Shown: positions 42,596 to 52,855, counted from the first letter of the whole stretch. The stretch: DNA of 63,997 nt, filler included, from Sandaracinaceae bacterium (GCA_947483975.1; 11 parts of 11 records of this genome joined end to end with filler, not necessarily neighbours in it), one strand, 5' to 3'. Program-made: numbers and translations. The notes: generated by a model not told the origin, from the letters alone.

Positions 42596-43240
42596 ATGTC
42601 CGCGGAGTACGAGGAGCAGCTGCGCTTCAGCGTGAAGGCCGAGCTCCGCAAGCGCATGCGCGGGCTGCGCAAGCTCCTGCCCCTCGCCGCCCGCGTCGAG
42701 CGCTCCCGCGCGATCGTCGAGCGCCTCCTCGCGTTGCCCGCCTTCGAGCGCGCCCGCACCGTCGCCGCGTTCGTCGCGATCAAGGGCGAGGTCGACCTCT
42801 CCTCGCTGCTGACGCTCGCCCGCGCGGCGGGCAAGACGGTGCTGCTGCCGCGCGTCGACGACGAGCGCGAGGAGCTTGCGCTGCACGTCTTCGCGGAGGG
42901 CGATCTGCTCGAGCCGAGCGGCTTCGGCGTGCCTGAGCCGCGCGCGGACGCGCCCGTCATCGCGCCGCACGACGTGGACCTCGTCATCGTGCCGGGCCTG
43001 GTCTTCGACGAGCGCGGGCACCGCATCGGCTACGGCGCGGGCTTCTACGACAAGCTGCTGCCGCGCCTGCCGGGCGCCGTCGCCGTCGGCGTCGCGTACG
43101 ACTTTCAGCTGGTCGCCGAGGTGCCCAACACGGCGGGCGACGTGCCCGTCGCGCTCATCGTCACCGACGCGCGGGTGGTCGAAGCCGGCGGCGTGGGGGC
43201 GAGCGGCGCTCTGGACGGCGCGCGCCCGCCCGCGCAGTAG
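42596..43240 (+). CDS. ygfA: 5-formyltetrahydrofolate cyclo-ligase
   Basis: KAELRK, FGVPEP, DLVIVPGLVFDERGHRIGYGAGFYD; start ATG 42596. Confidence 0.93.
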   Translation: MSAEYEEQLRFSVKAELRKRMRGLRKLLPLAARVERSRAIVERLLALPAFERARTVAAFVAIKGEVDLSSLLTLARAAGKTVLLPRVDDEREELALHVFAEGDLLEPSGFGVPEPRADAPVIAPHDVDLVIVPGLVFDERGHRIGYGAGFYDKLLPRLPGAVAVGVAYDFQLVAEVPNTAGDVPVALIVTDARVVEAGGVGASGALDGARPPAQ

Positions 43241-43279
43241 CGCGTGCTCGCCGCCGAGCAGGAGTAGACTCGCCGCACG

Positions 43280-44794
<1,515 letters not shown>

Positions 44795-44850
44795 GCCGCG
44801 CGGGCGGCGGAACGGAGGCTCGAAGCGCCCGCGCCGGGTGGCCGCAGCCC

Positions 44851-45059
44851 CGAGACCTCAACCTTGGTCGGCTGTCGAGACCTCAACCTTGGTCGGCTGT
44901 CGAGACCTCAACCTTGGTCGGCTGTCGGTCCAACCTCGGTCGGGCCTGGACCTCAACCTCGGTCGGGCCTGGACCTCAACCTCGGTCGGGCCTGGACCTC
45001 AACCTCGGTCGGGCCTGGACCTCAACCTTGGTCGGGCCTGGACCTCAACCTCGGTCGGG
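44851..45059. repeat. Composite intergenic tandem array of 25-bp and 23-bp units
   Basis: 3 x CGAGACCTCAACCTTGGTCGGCTGT (44851-44925), one hybrid unit, then GGACCTCAACCTCGGTCGGGCCT at 44948, 44971, 44994, 45017 (one variant base) and 45040 (partial). Confidence 0.95.
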
Positions 45060-45241
45060 GTGCTGCGGTGCGGTGCGGCGGGCGTCGACGTGCGACTCCG
45101 TGCGACATCGTTCGGGTCCATGCATAAACCAGATCAAAGTCGCACGAGATCGCACGAATCCGCTCGTTGTCTCAAATTGTAATTCGGCACCCGTCTCAAT
45201 TTTCGTCATTCATTCCGTCGATCGTCTGCCGTCCGCGACGC

Positions 45242-45257
45242 TGGCACGGTCGTCGCA
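45242..45257 (+). promoter_or_regulatory. Candidate sigma54 (-24/-12) promoter of the sigma-factor gene
   Basis: TGGCACG-gtcg-TCGCA with exact GG-N10-GC spacing, ~55 nt before ATG 45311; AT-rich tract just upstream. Confidence 0.7.
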
Positions 45258-45310
45258 AAGGGTCGGGCAGTCGGAAGCGGACGGCCCTGGCGGACTTCGG
45301 GAGACTCTCT

Positions 45311-46030
45311 ATGGAAAAGCGCACCGTACGGATGAGCTGGACGAACGCCGCGGCCCGCGAGGCGCTCACCCGCTACGAAGGCATGGTGCGCATGCTCGCC
45401 CGCCGGCTGCGCCCGCTCGCGGCGCTCGGGCAGGCGCTCGACGAGGACGACCTCTGCGCCGAGGGCCGCGTCGCGGTGCTCGAGGCGCTCTCGACCTACG
45501 AGGGCTTCGGCATCGAGGAGCGCACCTGGGTCCGCACGCGCATCCGCCAGCGCATGATCGACGCCGTTCGTCGCCTCGACCTGCGCTCGCGTGACGAGAT
45601 GCGCGTCGCGGTGCGGCACGCGGCAGGCGACCTGCCCGAGGGCGAGCTTGCGGAGCGCGGCCGCGTGATCGCCGCCCGCCGCCTCGTCTCCTTCGACTCC
45701 GCGCCCGCCGACGGCGAGCCCATCGGGCGCCGCCTCGAGGACTCGCAGAACCCGCCCGCCGACGAGACCGCGTTCTCGCACTCGCGCCGCGACCGTCTGC
45801 TCGGCGCGCTCTGCCATCTGCCGCCGCGCCAGCGCTCGGCGATCGAGCTCGCGCTCTTCGAGGGGCTCTCGCTCCGCGAGATCGGTGAGCGCATGGGCAT
45901 CAGCGAGTCACGCGTCTGCCAGCTGCAGAAGCGCGCCGTCCAGCACCTGCAGCGCGCGGTCGGCGGGCTCCCGATGCACCTCGGTGGCCTCGCCGCCTCG
46001 CCGGACCTCGACATCGAAGCCGCCGCCTGA
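45311..46030 (+). CDS. FliA/WhiG-like sigma70-family sigma factor
   Basis: Region 2 DDLCAEGRVAVLEA...RIRQRMIDAVRRLD; region 4 LPPRQR...EGLSLREIGERMGISESRVCQL; GGGAG before ATG 45311. Confidence 0.88.
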   Translation: MEKRTVRMSWTNAAAREALTRYEGMVRMLARRLRPLAALGQALDEDDLCAEGRVAVLEALSTYEGFGIEERTWVRTRIRQRMIDAVRRLDLRSRDEMRVAVRHAAGDLPEGELAERGRVIAARRLVSFDSAPADGEPIGRRLEDSQNPPADETAFSHSRRDRLLGALCHLPPRQRSAIELALFEGLSLREIGERMGISESRVCQLQKRAVQHLQRAVGGLPMHLGGLAASPDLDIEAAA

Positions 46031-46065
46031 GCGAATCGCGCGCGTCGCCGCGGTATGCTCAGCGC

Positions 46066-47037
46066 GTGAAGACGAGCTGCTGGGTCGGTGAGGGGCTAGC
46101 GTTCGCGGTCTGCTGCGTGCTCGCGCTGAGCTGCGGCGACGACGCGAGCGCGCCGCAGGATGCTGGCGTCGACGCGCCGCCCGCGCCGCCTGACGCTGGC
46201 CACGACGCGCGCGTCGACGGCGGAGCGACGTGTGAGCCGGCGGGCGTGACGCTGCCCGACCCGCTCGTGTGCAACGGGCACGCGGAGCTTTGCGCGCGCA
46301 GCTACGCGGACGTGTCCTTCGCGATGGCGCACAACGCGATGAACACGACCGAGGAGGGCTGGCCGGCGCCGAATCAGACGCCGCGCCTCTGGGCTCAGCT
46401 CGGGCTCGGCGTCCGCGGCTTCATGCTCGACACGTACGTCTACCGCGGTCAGACGGTGCTCTGTCACGGCATCTGCGCCGCGGGGAGCCGCCCCTTCGTC
46501 GACGCGCTCCTCGACCTCAAGCTCTTCCTCGACTGCCACCCGGCCGAGGTCGTGACGCTGATCCTCGAGGCGCACATCGACGAGCCGACCACCGCCGCCG
46601 CCTTCGAGGCCGCCGGGCTGATGCCCTATCTCGACGAGCAGCCCGTCGGCTCAGCGACCTGGCCGTCCCTCGGCGAGATGATCACGAGCGGGCGCCGCCT
46701 CGTCGTCTTCACGGAGTCTTCGGCGGTGACGCTGCCTTGGCACCACGAGGCGTACGCGTTCATGTGGGACACCGACTACGCGGCGATGACCGCGAGCGAC
46801 TTCTCGTGCGAGGTGCTGCGCGGCTCGCGCGCCAACCGGCTCTTCTTGATGAACCACTTCCTGACCGCGCCGCTCTCGTCGATCGGCCTCGCGGAGCTGG
46901 TCAACCACAACCCGCTGCTGCTCGACCGCGCGCGTCAGTGCCAGACGGAGTCGGGCTTCTTGCCGAATTTCATCGCGCTCGACTTCGTGGACGTCGGCGA
47001 TCTGCTGCCGACCGTCGAGGCGCTGAACGGCTTCTGA
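46066..47037 (+). CDS. PI-PLC X-domain-like phosphodiesterase lipoprotein
   Basis: Lipobox ALSC; CNGHAELCARSY..AHNA, QL..GVRGFMLD, LCHG, PAEVVTLILE, RRLVVF, LMNHF, PNFIALDF. Confidence 0.8.
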   Translation: MKTSCWVGEGLAFAVCCVLALSCGDDASAPQDAGVDAPPAPPDAGHDARVDGGATCEPAGVTLPDPLVCNGHAELCARSYADVSFAMAHNAMNTTEEGWPAPNQTPRLWAQLGLGVRGFMLDTYVYRGQTVLCHGICAAGSRPFVDALLDLKLFLDCHPAEVVTLILEAHIDEPTTAAAFEAAGLMPYLDEQPVGSATWPSLGEMITSGRRLVVFTESSAVTLPWHHEAYAFMWDTDYAAMTASDFSCEVLRGSRANRLFLMNHFLTAPLSSIGLAELVNHNPLLLDRARQCQTESGFLPNFIALDFVDVGDLLPTVEALNGF

Positions 47038-47060
47038 GCGCGGCGCTCGAGTGCTGTCGC

Positions 47061-47426
47061 TCAAGGCGTCAGCGCGCGCAGCAGCTGGGCCTCTGTGAAC
47101 GGCTTCTGCACCGCGCTGCTGACGTGCCCGCTCTCGAGCGCGTGCCTGGTCTCGCGCTCGTCCGCCGCGGTGCAGAGCACGACGCGCGTCCCAGGATGAT
47201 GCTCGTGCAGGTAGTGCGCGACGGCGAGCCCGCCGATCCCGGGCATGTACGCGTCGACGAGCACCGCTTCGTAGGCGGGCTCCCGCGCGCAGGTCGCGAG
47301 CGCCTCGGCGCCGCTCGACGCGAGGGACACGTCGAAGCCGTGCGCGCGCAGCAGCGAGGCGAGCGTGTCCCTCATGCCGCGATGGTCATCGACGACGAGG
47401 ACCCTGCGCGGGGCGGACACGGTCAC
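47061..47426 (-). CDS. Stand-alone response regulator receiver (CheY-like)
   Basis: VLVVDD, phospho-acceptor in VLVDAYMPG, LCTA, QKPF. Confidence 0.88.
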   Translation of the reverse strand: MTVSAPRRVLVVDDHRGMRDTLASLLRAHGFDVSLASSGAEALATCAREPAYEAVLVDAYMPGIGGLAVAHYLHEHHPGTRVVLCTAADERETRHALESGHVSSAVQKPFTEAQLLRALTP

Positions 47427-47497
47427 TTACACGCCTTCGGCTCGGAGCATCGGGGGCTCGAGGGAGATATCAGGGTTTGATTCACAGGTCTATTGGC

Positions 47498-47513
47498 AGC
47501 AGGCTTCGTGCCA
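47498..47513 (-). promoter_or_regulatory. Candidate sigma54 promoter of the stand-alone receiver gene
   Basis: Minus strand reads TGGCACG-aagc-CTGCT with GG-N10-GC spacing, ~70 nt upstream of the start at 47426. Confidence 0.55.
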
Positions 47514-47626
47514 TGCGCCTCTGGCTCCTTGGTGCGCTCCTGCTGGTCGCCTGCGACGGCGAGGCGCTCGGGCATGACGCGGGGGCGGCCGACGCCGCTG
47601 CGCCCGGCGACGCGACGCTGACCGAC
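47513..47626 (+). CDS. 5' end of a lipoprotein (truncated)
   Basis: MRLWLLGALLLVAC lipobox followed by DGEALGHDAGAADA. Confidence 0.65.
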
Positions 47627-47726
47627 NNNNNNNNNNNNNNNNNNNNNNNNNNNNNNNNNNNNNNNNNNNNTTAATTAATTAANNNNNNNNNNNNNNNNNN
47701 NNNNNNNNNNNNNNNNNNNNNNNNNN

Positions 47727-47974
47727 CGCCCAATTTGCTGGTGCTCGACGAGCCCACCAACCATCTCGACATCGCCACCAAGGAGATGCTGATCGAGATG
47801 CTGAGCAAGTTCGAGGGCACGATGCTCTTCGTCTCGCACGACCGGCAGTTCCTCGCGGCGCTCTCGAACCGCGTGCTCGAGGTCGGCGAAGGCGGCGCGC
47901 CGCACGTCTACGGCGGCGGCTACACCGAGTACGTCGCGGTCACCGGGCACGAAGCGCCGACGCGCGCGGCCTGA
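47727..47974 (+). CDS. C-terminus of an ABC-F family ATPase (5'-truncated)
   Basis: LVLDEPTNHLD, LFVSHDRQFL, YGGGYTEY. Confidence 0.88.
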
Positions 47975-48037
47975 GGCGCGCGGCCTGAGGCGCGCGGCTC
48001 GAGACACACGGCTCGAGACACACGGCTCGAGACACAC
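47962..48037. repeat. Two abutting 14-bp tandem repeats between convergent genes
   Basis: GCGCGCGGCCTGAG x2 plus a partial copy, then GGCTCGAGACACAC x3 (47996-48037). Confidence 0.85.
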
Positions 48038-48078
48038 GGTCGCGCTGCGACGGCCGGCCGCGAGGGGCGGCCGTGCGC

Positions 48079-49119
48079 TCAGCGCCTGCGCGCAGCTGCC
48101 GCGACCGTGGCGACGTCCCGCAGGCGCGACGCGCCGCAGAGCGCGAGCACGGCCGCCTCGAGCGTGACCTCGGGCGGGACGCGGCTGCCCTTGAGCGCGA
48201 GGTCTGTCTCGGCGAGCACGCGGAACGCGGCCGCAAGCTCCTCGCCGTTGAAGCGCTTGGCGGACGCCTCGAGGTCGCGCGCCTTGAACGGCGGGGCGCC
48301 GGCGGCCTTCGTCGCGTCGGGGCCGCGGAGGCCCGCCGCGAGCGCGTCGCGCATCTTGCCGACCATGCGCAGCTGCCGGGCGAGCAGCGCGAGGATCTTG
48401 AGCGGCGGCTCGCGGTCCGCGAGCAGCGAGCGCGTCGCCTGGATCGCCATCCGACCGTCGCGCGCGGCGACCGAGTCGACGAGCGACCAGACGGTGTCCA
48501 CGCGCACTCGCGTGATGCACGCCTCGACCGACTCGAGCGCGATCGGCTGACCCGCGCCGACGTAGAGCGACACCCGCTCGATGGCGTCGTCGAGCGCGCT
48601 GAGGTCCGCGCCGATGGCGTCGACGAGCGCGTCGGCGGCGTCCGAGGCGAGCGCATGGCCGCGCTCCTTCGTCTCGCGGAGCGCGAAGTCACGCAGCGCC
48701 CCGCCCTTGAGCTCGCGCGTGTCAGTCAGCGCGCCGCTCTTCTGCGCGACCTTGGCGAAGCGCGTGCGCCCGTCGAGCTTCTCGGCGGTGACGACCAGGC
48801 ACGTCGACGGCGACGGGTCACCGACGTACGTCGCGAGCTGATCGAGCTCCGCGGCGAGGAGGTCCTCGACGTCGCGCACGAGCACGAAGCGCGCGGGCGC
48901 CATCATCGGCATCGTCCGCGCGGCGCTGACGACCGCCTGCGCCTTGACCCCTTTGCCGTGGAACACGTCGTCGTTGAAGCCGCGCGGCCCCTCGCCGACG
49001 GACGCGATCTTCAGCAAGCGCACCGCGCGCTCGATCAGAAAGCGCTCGGTCCCCGTGAGCACATGCACCGGACGGAAGCGCCCGGCGCGCGCCTCGCGGA
49101 TGACCTCGTCGATCTCCAT
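48079..49119 (-). CDS. holA: DNA polymerase III delta subunit
   Basis: PVHVLTGTERFL, TMPMMAPARFVLV, EKLDGR, IGADL..L..AIERVSLY, VWSLVD, ETDLALKGS. Confidence 0.88.
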   Translation of the reverse strand: MEIDEVIREARAGRFRPVHVLTGTERFLIERAVRLLKIASVGEGPRGFNDDVFHGKGVKAQAVVSAARTMPMMAPARFVLVRDVEDLLAAELDQLATYVGDPSPSTCLVVTAEKLDGRTRFAKVAQKSGALTDTRELKGGALRDFALRETKERGHALASDAADALVDAIGADLSALDDAIERVSLYVGAGQPIALESVEACITRVRVDTVWSLVDSVAARDGRMAIQATRSLLADREPPLKILALLARQLRMVGKMRDALAAGLRGPDATKAAGAPPFKARDLEASAKRFNGEELAAAFRVLAETDLALKGSRVPPEVTLEAAVLALCGASRLRDVATVAAAARRR

Positions 49120-49126
49120 GCCGCGC

Positions 49127-49684
49127 TCAGCGGTCCGCGGGAGCGTGCGTGTCGTCGTCGGAGAACGAGACCGTCCCCGAGCGCTGGATCTCCTCGCCGA
49201 TCATCTCGAAGGCCGAGCGAGCGACCTCCTCGCGGCGGACGGTGACGACCATCTCCATGCGCCGGTTCGGCTTGAACTTCGGGCGCGCGAGGCGAATCGG
49301 CTGCACGTAGGTGCGCTGCGTGCGGTCGTTGACGTAGGTGCTCATGTCGTCGACGAAGCGACGCCCGCCGTCGGTCAGGTCGTAGAAGAGGACGTGAAAT
49401 TCGAGGTCGCCGGGGGGCGCCGCGAACGCGATGACGAGGTTGCCGAGCCACTTGCGCTGCGGGATCGGCTCCGCCGTCGTCTCGGCCATGCGCCGCGCGG
49501 CGTGTCCTCGCGCGAAGCCGATCAGCGAGGCCTCCGTCAGGCTGCGCGGGATCTGCGCCTGCGTCAGGTAGATCTGCGCGCGGAGCCTGCGCTGCGCGTC
49601 GGCGGGCGGGGCGGCGAACGCAGCGACCGCGAGCAGGGCGGCGAGGAGCAGAGCGGCAGGAGCGATCAGGCGACGAGAGTTCAT
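49127..49684 (-). CDS. Secreted hypothetical protein
   Basis: Signal peptide ending ADA-Q, beta-rich body; start ATG 49684; co-oriented 7 nt upstream of holA. Confidence 0.7.
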   Translation of the reverse strand: MNSRRLIAPAALLLAALLAVAAFAAPPADAQRRLRAQIYLTQAQIPRSLTEASLIGFARGHAARRMAETTAEPIPQRKWLGNLVIAFAAPPGDLEFHVLFYDLTDGGRRFVDDMSTYVNDRTQRTYVQPIRLARPKFKPNRRMEMVVTVRREEVARSAFEMIGEEIQRSGTVSFSDDDTHAPADR

Positions 49685-49883
49685 GAACAGCACCTCGAGG
49701 TGGGCGGGAGCCCGCGGGCCAGGGTCGAGCGAGGGTAGACGAAGCGGCCGAAGAGATCGACCTCGGTGAGACGCCGCTACTCCGACGCGCGTAACAGCGC
49801 GCGGGCCGGACTCGGACGAGCGAGCCCCGCGGTCTATTCGCGATGCATGGCTCGCCACGGCTCAGCGCGGCCTCGGCGCCGCC

Positions 49884-50990
49884 TCACCGACTCGGCACGA
49901 CGAACGAGGTCTCGACGCCACCGACCGTCACGCGCTGCGCGCCTGGTCCGAACTGCCCGAGGTAGACGACGGCCGAGAGGCTGACCGCGGGGCCGGGGAT
50001 GCAGGAGCAGTCGCCGTCGGCGCAGTTGAGCAGCTCGTAGTGACGCCCAGAGGGGTCGGGCGAGAAGAGCTCAGTCGCGATGGGCTTTGGCTCGATGCAG
50101 CAGAACGCCGCCTCGTAGCCGACGCGCGCGAAGACGCCGATCGGCGCGTCGTGGCGCGCCGCGGGGTCGACGCCGAGGAGCTCGACGCTGCGCACGAAGG
50201 GTCCGGAGGTGCACGCGGTCGGGCGCACGATCTGCGTCGTCACGGTGCCCAGCGTGGTCGTCGCGCTCCACGGGCCGACGAGCGACGAGCCGTCGACGAA
50301 GGCGGTCGCCTCGTACGGGGGGTCGACGCACGGGTCCGACGGGCTGCAGCCGCACGCCTCGAGCCCGACGTAATAGCCGCCCTCGCGCCCGACGCTCGAG
50401 ACGCCGCGCGGCGTGCAGCCGCACGAGGCGCCGGGCGCGTGTAGCAGCACCGGGACCTGCTCGTCGGCGCGCACGGCCGTCGGCGCGAGCGCGTCGCGGA
50501 CGTCTTGTTGAACGCACGTCGTCGCGCGCACCTCGATGGTGCAGGTGAAGCCCCGCGCGGCGTCCGCCGTGACGGTCCAGACGCCCTCCGTGAGCGGGCC
50601 GAGGTCGAGCGCTTGGCGCACCGTCGGGCCGACGCAGTCGCACTCGGCGCAACAGCCGCACGAGTCCCAGCTAGGCAGAAGCGCGATCGAGCGCGGCCCG
50701 CTCGGCTGCGCGACGAGGCGCGCGGCGTCGCCGCTGCAGCAGATGGTCGGCGCGTGCTGCACGGTGACGAGCACCGGGTCGCCCGGCGCGACGAGAGACG
50801 GACACGTCAGCCCGCCGACGGTGCTCGGCAGCGCGGAGCACATCCCGAGATCGGGGAGGTAGATCACGTCGACGAACGACGCGTCCTCGACTCCGGCGTC
50901 GTCCGACGCGGTCGAGAGCCCATACGTCGCGTAGCAGCCGGCGACGAGCGACGAGCCGAGTACGAGCGCCACCTTGAGCCATCGAGTCAT
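49884..50990 (-). CDS. Cys-rich lipoprotein with three repeated modules
   Basis: AGGAG before ATG 50990; lipobox VAGC; recurring CC/CGC/CDCV motifs followed by L.LGPL.EG.W-like strands. Confidence 0.75.
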   Translation of the reverse strand: MTRWLKVALVLGSSLVAGCYATYGLSTASDDAGVEDASFVDVIYLPDLGMCSALPSTVGGLTCPSLVAPGDPVLVTVQHAPTICCSGDAARLVAQPSGPRSIALLPSWDSCGCCAECDCVGPTVRQALDLGPLTEGVWTVTADAARGFTCTIEVRATTCVQQDVRDALAPTAVRADEQVPVLLHAPGASCGCTPRGVSSVGREGGYYVGLEACGCSPSDPCVDPPYEATAFVDGSSLVGPWSATTTLGTVTTQIVRPTACTSGPFVRSVELLGVDPAARHDAPIGVFARVGYEAAFCCIEPKPIATELFSPDPSGRHYELLNCADGDCSCIPGPAVSLSAVVYLGQFGPGAQRVTVGGVETSFVVPSR

Positions 50991-51014
50991 CGTCCGTCTC
51001 CTACGCAGGCAGTG

Positions 51015-51030
51015 AGCAGCGAGCGTGCCA
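51015..51030 (-). promoter_or_regulatory. Candidate sigma54 promoter of the Cys-rich lipoprotein gene
   Basis: Minus strand TGGCACG-ctcg-CTGCT with GG-N10-GC spacing, directly before the RBS and ATG. Confidence 0.55.
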
Positions 51031-51049
51031 CGCGCGCGCTGCGTCGGCC

Positions 51050-52855
51050 TCACGGGCGCGGGGCGCTCTGCCAGCGCAGCTCGATTTGGCCTGCGGGCGA
51101 CTCCGGGTGCTCGAGGTCAGCGCCATAGAGACACAGCCCGCCAGGGCTCTCGTCGGGCTCGACGCGCAGGCTCAGCTCACGCGCCGACGCGCGCCCTCCG
51201 AAGGCGCGCGCGAGGAGCCCCGCGTCGTCGACGGCCAGCTCGAGCCACGCGCCGCGCCCGTCGTCCACCGGCGCGGTGAGCACGCCGAGCTCGACGTCGC
51301 CGAGCAAGACGTGCACGCGCGACACATCCGTCGGGCGAGCGCCCGCACCTGCGCCAGGCAGCTCGGACGACGCGCGAAAGCGCACGACGAGCAGCGCCGG
51401 GACGCGCTCGCCGCGCGGCGCGCGAAAGCGATAGACGACCGCCCCCGACCCGCTTCCCCAGACGTGCGCCGTGGGCGGCTCGCGCCAGATGCCCGCCGCC
51501 TCGAAGCGGGCGCGCGCGAACTCGTGCGGCGCAAACGCCAGCGTGCGGGTGCCCTCCACGACGGCTGACCAGCGCGCGTGCGGCGCGGGATCGCCTCGCA
51601 TCTCTTGGTCGAGCGGGGCGAGCGGCGCCTCCCCCTGCGCGTCGCCGAGGAGCGGATTTCGCTCGACCGGCGGAGTCTCGCGCCAGCGGAGCGCGTGGCG
51701 CCCGAGCAAGCGCCGGAGCGGGCGACTCGCACGCTCGTCGGCGCAGATCGCGTGCTCGTCGGGGTGCGCCTCGCGCGGCGCGTAGTGCCAGACGAGCGCG
51801 CCGTCGACGCCATCCCGATGCGAGCGCTCGAGGAACGCGTCGAACCACGCGAGGCGCTGCCGCGCGTGAAAGCCGAACTCGCCCCAGACGAGCGGCTTGC
51901 GCGCGACGTGATGCGCCAGCTGCGCGCGGTCATCGACGTAACTCCGCAGCTGCGCGAGCGTGTGAATACGCCCCGAGTGCTGTGGATAAGCGTGGGAGTC
52001 TGCGTAATCGATCTCCGCGAGCCGCTGCACCGCGAGCCAAGTATCTCTATCGCTCTGCCGCGCATAGCCAATATGCCCTGCAGAGACCAGATGCCGCGCG
52101 TCGAGCGAGCGCACGAAGCGCGCGCTCTCGCTCACCCAGCGGACGAGGGCGTCGCGGTCCCGCGGGAGCGCCGTCACCTCGTTGGCGAGCTCCCACGCGA
52201 GGATGGTCGGGTCCTCGCGATAGGCGACGCCAGTGACGGTGTTGACGCGCCCGACGATGCGCGAGACGTGCGCGCGATACAGCTCATCACAGCGCGCGCA
52301 GTCGTAGAAGCGCCCGAGCTCCAGCTCGTTGAGCTCACGCGCGTCCGTCGCCTCGGGGAGCGCGCCCGCCCAGCGCAGATAGCGCGGAAAACCACCGTAG
52401 TCCGACCAGCGATTGGCGAGCACGACGACCACGCGCAGCCCGCGCTCGCGCGCCGCGGCGAGCACGCGGTCGAGGTGCACGAACGACGCCTCGACCCAGC
52501 CGTCCTCGCCGAGCCGAAACGCGTAGTCGCGCGTCCAGGGTTGCGCGGTGTCGGGGCGCTCGCCGAGGGCCCACACGCGCACGACGGTCAGCCCATCGGC
52601 GCGCACGGCGTCGAGCGTCTGCGCGAGGGCCGCCCGATGCGTCGCGCCGTGCATGACGGCGACGTTCGCGCCGAGGAAGTGAAACGGCGCGCCGCCGAGC
52701 GTGAACGAGGTGCCGGAGACGCGGACGAAGTCGGCGTCAGTGGCTGCGGCGGGCGCGGCGGGCGCGCGGGACTGCGCGTGGGCTGGCGCCGTGTTCAGGA
52801 GCGCGAGGAGCCCCACGAGCACCAAGGGAAGCGGGCAGCGCGAGACGGGCGACAC
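51050..52855 (-). CDS. Secreted GH5 glycoside hydrolase (beta-mannanase-like) with extra C-terminal domain
   Basis: Signal peptide; FHFLGAN, VVRVWA, ANRWSDYGG, RVNTVTGVAYREDPTILAWELANE (acid/base), HAYP, KPLVWGEFG (nucleophile). Confidence 0.87.
   Translation of the reverse strand: MSPVSRCPLPLVLVGLLALLNTAPAHAQSRAPAAPAAATDADFVRVSGTSFTLGGAPFHFLGANVAVMHGATHRAALAQTLDAVRADGLTVVRVWALGERPDTAQPWTRDYAFRLGEDGWVEASFVHLDRVLAAARERGLRVVVVLANRWSDYGGFPRYLRWAGALPEATDARELNELELGRFYDCARCDELYRAHVSRIVGRVNTVTGVAYREDPTILAWELANEVTALPRDRDALVRWVSESARFVRSLDARHLVSAGHIGYARQSDRDTWLAVQRLAEIDYADSHAYPQHSGRIHTLAQLRSYVDDRAQLAHHVARKPLVWGEFGFHARQRLAWFDAFLERSHRDGVDGALVWHYAPREAHPDEHAICADERASRPLRRLLGRHALRWRETPPVERNPLLGDAQGEAPLAPLDQEMRGDPAPHARWSAVVEGTRTLAFAPHEFARARFEAAGIWREPPTAHVWGSGSGAVVYRFRAPRGERVPALLVVRFRASSELPGAGAGARPTDVSRVHVLLGDVELGVLTAPVDDGRGAWLELAVDDAGLLARAFGGRASARELSLRVEPDESPGGLCLYGADLEHPESPAGQIELRWQSAPRP

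Noticed and set aside
44851..45059. CRISPR array interpretation of this and the 24159 and 14848 arrays
   Set aside because: Units are head-to-tail with no unique spacers, and no cas genes are present.
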